DNA of 30,214 nucleotides from a virus (Duplodnaviria; Heunggongvirae; Uroviricota; Caudoviricetes): IMG/VR virus record IMGVR_UViG_2541047931_000006; one strand, 5' to 3'. Shown piece by piece: positions 26,344 to 30,214 of this stretch (position 1 is its first letter; each line of letters starts with the position of its first letter). The notes under the pieces were generated by a model. It saw only the letters and a program-made list of their open reading frames with translations, ran no database searches and was not told where the DNA came from. The position numbers and the translations under genes were made by a program.

Positions 26344-28281
26344 GTGACTCTTAAACGGGCCTGTTCCCTGCTGACGGTGAAATCCTTCAGTGAGGATGAA
26401 CGGGTGATCACCGGGATTGCGTCAACGCCTTCTCCGGATCGGGATGGTGACATCCTGGAGCCGGAGGGCGCGGAGTTCGGCAGTGCGATCCCGTTTCTCT
26501 GGCAGCATGACCATTCCCGCCCGGTGGGGCAGTGTACGGTGCGCCGGGTCAGCGAAGGGCTGGAAATCACGGCAACACTGGTGAAGCCCGTACCGGATAT
26601 GCCGTCGCAACTGGCTGCCCGGCTGGATGAGGTCTGGGCGGCCATTAAGACCGGGCTGGTCAGGGGGCTGTCCGTGGGCTTCCGTCCCCATGAATACACC
26701 TTTCTGGACGGAGGCGGACTGCATTTTCTGCGCTGGGAGCTGATGGAGGTGTCTGCCGTCACCGTGCCCGCGAATGCGGAATGCACCATCCGGACCATTA
26801 AATCTTACGACCGCCCGTTTTCTGCCGCGTCCGGCAACCGGAAACCGGTGGTGAAAATCGCATCTTCTGCCGGCGCTGCGGCACAGTCAACAACCGTTTT
26901 TCATAAGGAAAAGACCATAATGAATATTGGCGAACAGATTAAAAGTTTTGAAAACAAGCGTGCAGCGCTGGCAGCCTCCCTTGAGGAGGTCATGACCAAA
27001 GCCGCAGAGGAAGGGCGCACGCTGGATGTGGAGGAGGAAGAGCATTACGACAACACCGCAGCGGAAATCCGTCAGGTGGATGCGCACCTGAAGCGCCTGC
27101 GTGAACTGGAAGCCGGTAAGGCCGCCACGGCGCAGCCGGTGAAACAGGCCGGTAACGGGAATGTGGCCGCGGTGGCTTCTGCGCCGGTGATCCGTGTGGA
27201 GCAGAAACTGGATAAGGGGATTGGCTTCGCCCGCTTTGCCAAATCGCTGGCTGCGGCTAAAGGCGTCCGATCTGAAGCCCTGGAAGTGGCCCGTCGTCAG
27301 TATCCGGATGACAGTCGTCTGCATCATGTCCTGAAATCGGCAGTGGGCGCGGGGACCACCACGGATCCGCAGTGGGCAGGCAGCCTGTCTGAATATCAGG
27401 AATACGCACAGGACTTTATTGATTACCTGCGTCCGCAGACCATTATCGGGCGATTTGGTCAGGGCGGGATCCCTGCACTTCGTCAGGTGCCGTTCAATAT
27501 CCGTGTGCACGCCCAGGTGTCCGGCGGTGCTGCCGGCTGGGTGGGTGAGGGTAAGGCAAAACCCCTGACGAAGTTTGATTTTGAATCCATCACCTTCAGT
27601 CATGCGAAGGTGTCGGCCATTGCGGTACTGACGGAAGAATTGATCCGTTTTTCCAGTCCGGCTGCTGATGCACTGGTCCGTAATGCGCTGGCGGAAGCGG
27701 TGGTGGCGCGTCTGGATACAGACTTTGTGGACCCGAAAAAAGCCGCAGTGGCAGATGTCTCCCCGGCGTCCATCACCCATGATGTGAAGGGCACGGCATC
27801 AACCGGTAACCCGGATGCGGATGCAGAGGCTGCGTTTGGACAGTTTGTGGCAGCAAACCTGCAGCCCACCGGTGCGGTCTGGCTGATGTCCAGCACCAAT
27901 GCCCTGGCACTGTCCATGCGTAAAAATGCGCTGGGTCAGAAGGAATACCCGGACATGACCCTGCTGGGTGGCTCCTTCCAGGGGCTGCCGGTGATTGTCT
28001 CCCAGTACGTGGGTGACCAGCTGGTGCTGGTGAATGCCCCGGATATTTATCTGGCGGATGACGGCGGCGTGGCAGTGGATATGTCCCGCGAGGCATCACT
28101 GGAAATGCAGTCTGAGCCGGGCGGCGACAGTACCACGCCGTCCCCGGTGGAGCTGGTTTCCATGTTCCAGACAGGCAGCGTGGCCATCCGTGCGGAGCGC
28201 TGGATCAACTGGCGTCGTCGCCGTACCGCGGCGGTGGCGGTGATCACCGGAGTGAACTACGGCAGTGCGTCCGGCGGCTGA
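26344..28281 (+). CDS. Prohead protease / major capsid protein fusion (HK97-like)
   Basis: 645-aa ORF, GTG start after AGGAGG; N-terminus resembles the HK97 prohead protease (ITGIASTPSPDRDGDILEPEGA...FLWQHD), then a coiled-coil scaffold-like segment, then a capsid-like C-terminal region. Confidence 0.75.
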   Translation: MTLKRACSLLTVKSFSEDERVITGIASTPSPDRDGDILEPEGAEFGSAIPFLWQHDHSRPVGQCTVRRVSEGLEITATLVKPVPDMPSQLAARLDEVWAAIKTGLVRGLSVGFRPHEYTFLDGGGLHFLRWELMEVSAVTVPANAECTIRTIKSYDRPFSAASGNRKPVVKIASSAGAAAQSTTVFHKEKTIMNIGEQIKSFENKRAALAASLEEVMTKAAEEGRTLDVEEEEHYDNTAAEIRQVDAHLKRLRELEAGKAATAQPVKQAGNGNVAAVASAPVIRVEQKLDKGIGFARFAKSLAAAKGVRSEALEVARRQYPDDSRLHHVLKSAVGAGTTTDPQWAGSLSEYQEYAQDFIDYLRPQTIIGRFGQGGIPALRQVPFNIRVHAQVSGGAAGWVGEGKAKPLTKFDFESITFSHAKVSAIAVLTEELIRFSSPAADALVRNALAEAVVARLDTDFVDPKKAAVADVSPASITHDVKGTASTGNPDADAEAAFGQFVAANLQPTGAVWLMSSTNALALSMRKNALGQKEYPDMTLLGGSFQGLPVIVSQYVGDQLVLVNAPDIYLADDGGVAVDMSREASLEMQSEPGGDSTTPSPVELVSMFQTGSVAIRAERWINWRRRRTAAVAVITGVNYGSASGG

Positions 28282-28325
28282 GTCTGATAAGGAGGACGGG
28301 AGGCGTGCGCCTCCCGTAACAGGTT

Positions 28326-28547
28326 ATGGCAAAGATCCGATATCTGCAGGGCACGCATGATGCCCGGGCCGGGGATATCCGTGATGTGGCACAGCCGTGT
28401 GCGGAGGTGCTGGTTCGCCTGGGAAAGGCGGAGTACATCACGGTGCGACGTCCGGCAGGTCAGAAAAAGAAACGTGATGCGGAGCATGGCGAATGTGGAA
28501 CCTTTTACGGCGAACCCGAAAAAACCAGAAATCAGGACGTGACGTAA
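28326..28547 (+). CDS. Hypothetical small head-region protein
   Basis: 73-aa ORF between the capsid and portal genes; no recognisable family. Confidence 0.4.
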   Translation: MAKIRYLQGTHDARAGDIRDVAQPCAEVLVRLGKAEYITVRRPAGQKKKRDAEHGECGTFYGEPEKTRNQDVT

Positions 28548-30214
28548 GAGAGGCGGGCTGGACCAGCCTGTTTCAGGCGGTGGCTGAGCCCTTTTCCGGC
28601 GCCTGGCAGCAGGGCGTGAAAGCCGATCCTGAAGCCGTCCTCTCCTTTCATGCGGTGTTTGCATGTATTTCGCTGATATCCCAGGATATCGCCAAAATGC
28701 GGCTGCGTCTTATGCAGACGGATGCGCATGGGATACGCAGGGAAACGCGCCGGGGGGATATTGCCCGCCTCTGTCGTCGTCCCAACGCCCAGCAGAACCG
28801 CATCCAGTTTTTTGAACTGTGGCTGAACGCCAAACTGCGTCACGGCAATACGGTGGTGCTGAAAATCCGTAATGCCCGGGGGCAGATCAAAGAACTGCGT
28901 ATTCTGGACTGGAGCCGGGTTGAACCTCTGGTGGCGGATGACGGCGAGGTGTTCTACCGCATCACGCCGGACCGGAACTGCGGGATCACGGAGGCGGTGA
29001 CGGTGCCTGCCCGGGAAGTGATCCACGACCGGTTTAACTGTTTTTTTCATCCGCTTATAGGATTGCCGCCGGTGTATGCCGCCGGGCTGGCGGCCACGCA
29101 GGGGCATCATATTCAGGAAAATTCGACGTCTTTTTTCAGAAATGGTGGCAGGCCGTCCGGGGTGATTGAGATCCCCGGCAGTATTACGGAAGAAAATGCG
29201 AAAAAACTGAAGAGCAACTGGGACAGCGGGTATACAGGCGAAAATGCGGGGAAAACGGCCATTCTGAGCAACGGGGCAAAATACAACCCCACGACGTTTT
29301 CACCTGTGGATGCGCAGACGGTGGAACAACTGAAGATGACCGCTGAAATTGTCTGTTCGGTGTTCCGTGTCCCGGCCTACAAGATTGGCGTGGGACAACC
29401 GCCTTCCAGTGACAACGTGGAGGCGCTGGAGCAGCAGTATTATTCCCAGTGCCTGCAGACGCTGATTGAGTCCATTGAACTGTTACTGGATGAGGCGCTG
29501 GAAACGGGGGAAAACGAGAGTACAGAATTTGATGTCACCACGCTGCTGAGAATGGACAGTGAGCGGCGCATGAAAACGCTGGGGGATGCGGTGAAAAATA
29601 CGCTTCTCACGCCCAATGAGGCCCGTAAACGGGAGAACCTGCCGCCCCTGGCCGGCGGTGATGCACTGTATCTTCAGCAGCAGAACTACAGTCTGGAGGC
29701 GCTGTCCCGTCGTGATGCCCGTGAGGATCCGTTCTCGTCTGCCGGGAAAACAGTTTCATCACAGCTGCCTGACGGCGCATCTGACGGTAATAAGGCAATC
29801 AGTGAAACAGAGCATGATGCGGTGAAAGCGATGTTCAGGGGGGATACTGAGAAAATGACGGAACGGGAACTGTCCATTATTCGTGCACTGGGAGAAGAAT
29901 TCTCCACAGTGCTGGCGGATTTACAGCGCACATTTGAGGGGAAGATGGCCTCGCAGGCACAAGCGTTTGAAGAGAAACTGACTTCCCTGTCGGCGGTATT
30001 ACAGAAGCATGTGACGGTGGATGAGGTGCGTCCGGTTCTGCAGGCGATGGTGGATGACGCTGTGGGGGCCATTCCGGTACCGCGTGATGGTCGTGATTAT
30101 GATCCGGATGTACTGCAGCAGGCGGTGAATGATGCGGTCGCAAATATTCCGCAGCCGGCGGACGGTAAAAGTCTCACCCCGGATGATGTGCGTCCGATGC
30201 TTGAACAGATGGTG
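28493..30214 (+). CDS. Portal protein (HK97-family), 3' end beyond the window
   Basis: Open frame from the ATG at 28493 to the window end, translated by hand (absent from the ORF track because it has no in-window stop); contains ...VFRVPAYKIGVGQ...LTPNEARKRENLPPLAGGDALY..., matching my recollection of HK97-family portal C-terminal regions. Confidence 0.7.
   Translation, partial: MWNLLRRTRKNQKSGRDVREAGWTSLFQAVAEPFSGAWQQGVKADPEAVLSFHAVFACISLISQDIAKMRLRLMQTDAHGIRRETRRGDIARLCRRPNAQQNRIQFFELWLNAKLRHGNTVVLKIRNARGQIKELRILDWSRVEPLVADDGEVFYRITPDRNCGITEAVTVPAREVIHDRFNCFFHPLIGLPPVYAAGLAATQGHHIQENSTSFFRNGGRPSGVIEIPGSITEENAKKLKSNWDSGYTGENAGKTAILSNGAKYNPTTFSPVDAQTVEQLKMTAEIVCSVFRVPAYKIGVGQPPSSDNVEALEQQYYSQCLQTLIESIELLLDEALETGENESTEFDVTTLLRMDSERRMKTLGDAVKNTLLTPNEARKRENLPPLAGGDALYLQQQNYSLEALSRRDAREDPFSSAGKTVSSQLPDGASDGNKAISETEHDAVKAMFRGDTEKMTERELSIIRALGEEFSTVLADLQRTFEGKMASQAQAFEEKLTSLSAVLQKHVTVDEVRPVLQAMVDDAVGAIPVPRDGRDYDPDVLQQAVNDAVANIPQPADGKSLTPDDVRPMLEQMV

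Noticed and set aside
26887-27780. 297-aa minus-strand ORF from the track, with neighbouring minus-strand ORFs at 27600..28099.
   Set aside because: Lies entirely antisense within the well-supported protease-capsid gene; Arg/His/Cys-rich low-complexity translation typical of shadow ORFs in GC-rich coding DNA.
28532-29110. 192-aa minus-strand ORF, with other minus-strand track ORFs at 29607..30143.
   Set aside because: Antisense to the hand-translated portal reading frame, which is open for more than 570 codons with portal-like motifs.

Overview
The whole window lies inside a lambdoid prophage of an E. coli-like enterobacterial genome, with a mosaic Rac-like early region and a Stx-phage-like late region. 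Left to right: integrase/excisionase/exonuclease (minus strand; attL lies left of the window), AT-rich accessory ORFs, an immunity region (RacR-like repressor divergent from YdaS/YdaT-like genes with operator repeats), an O-like initiator with internal iterons plus a DnaC-like loader, a nin-like cargo region (QueH-like protein, Hok-family toxin, DUF968-like protein, RusA), a Q-like antiterminator, an orphan DNA methyltransferase, three tRNAs, a duplicated structured non-coding module where Stx phages carry stxAB (no stx genes present), a nanS-p-like esterase gene split by an IS3-family element, a lysis cassette (S21-like pinholin, unknown 268-aa ORF, SAR endolysin, four tandem mini-ORFs, Rz/Rz1), an HNH endonuclease, a cos-like repeat region, and head genes (TerS, TerL, protease-capsid fusion, portal running off the window end). 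All calls come from reading the sequence and ORF translations and from recalled family motifs; no database search was run. The most interesting unexplained elements are the duplicated module at the stx position, the unknown gene between holin and endolysin, the mini-ORF cluster before Rz, the QueH-like cargo gene, and the AT-rich convergent gene pair in the early-left region.
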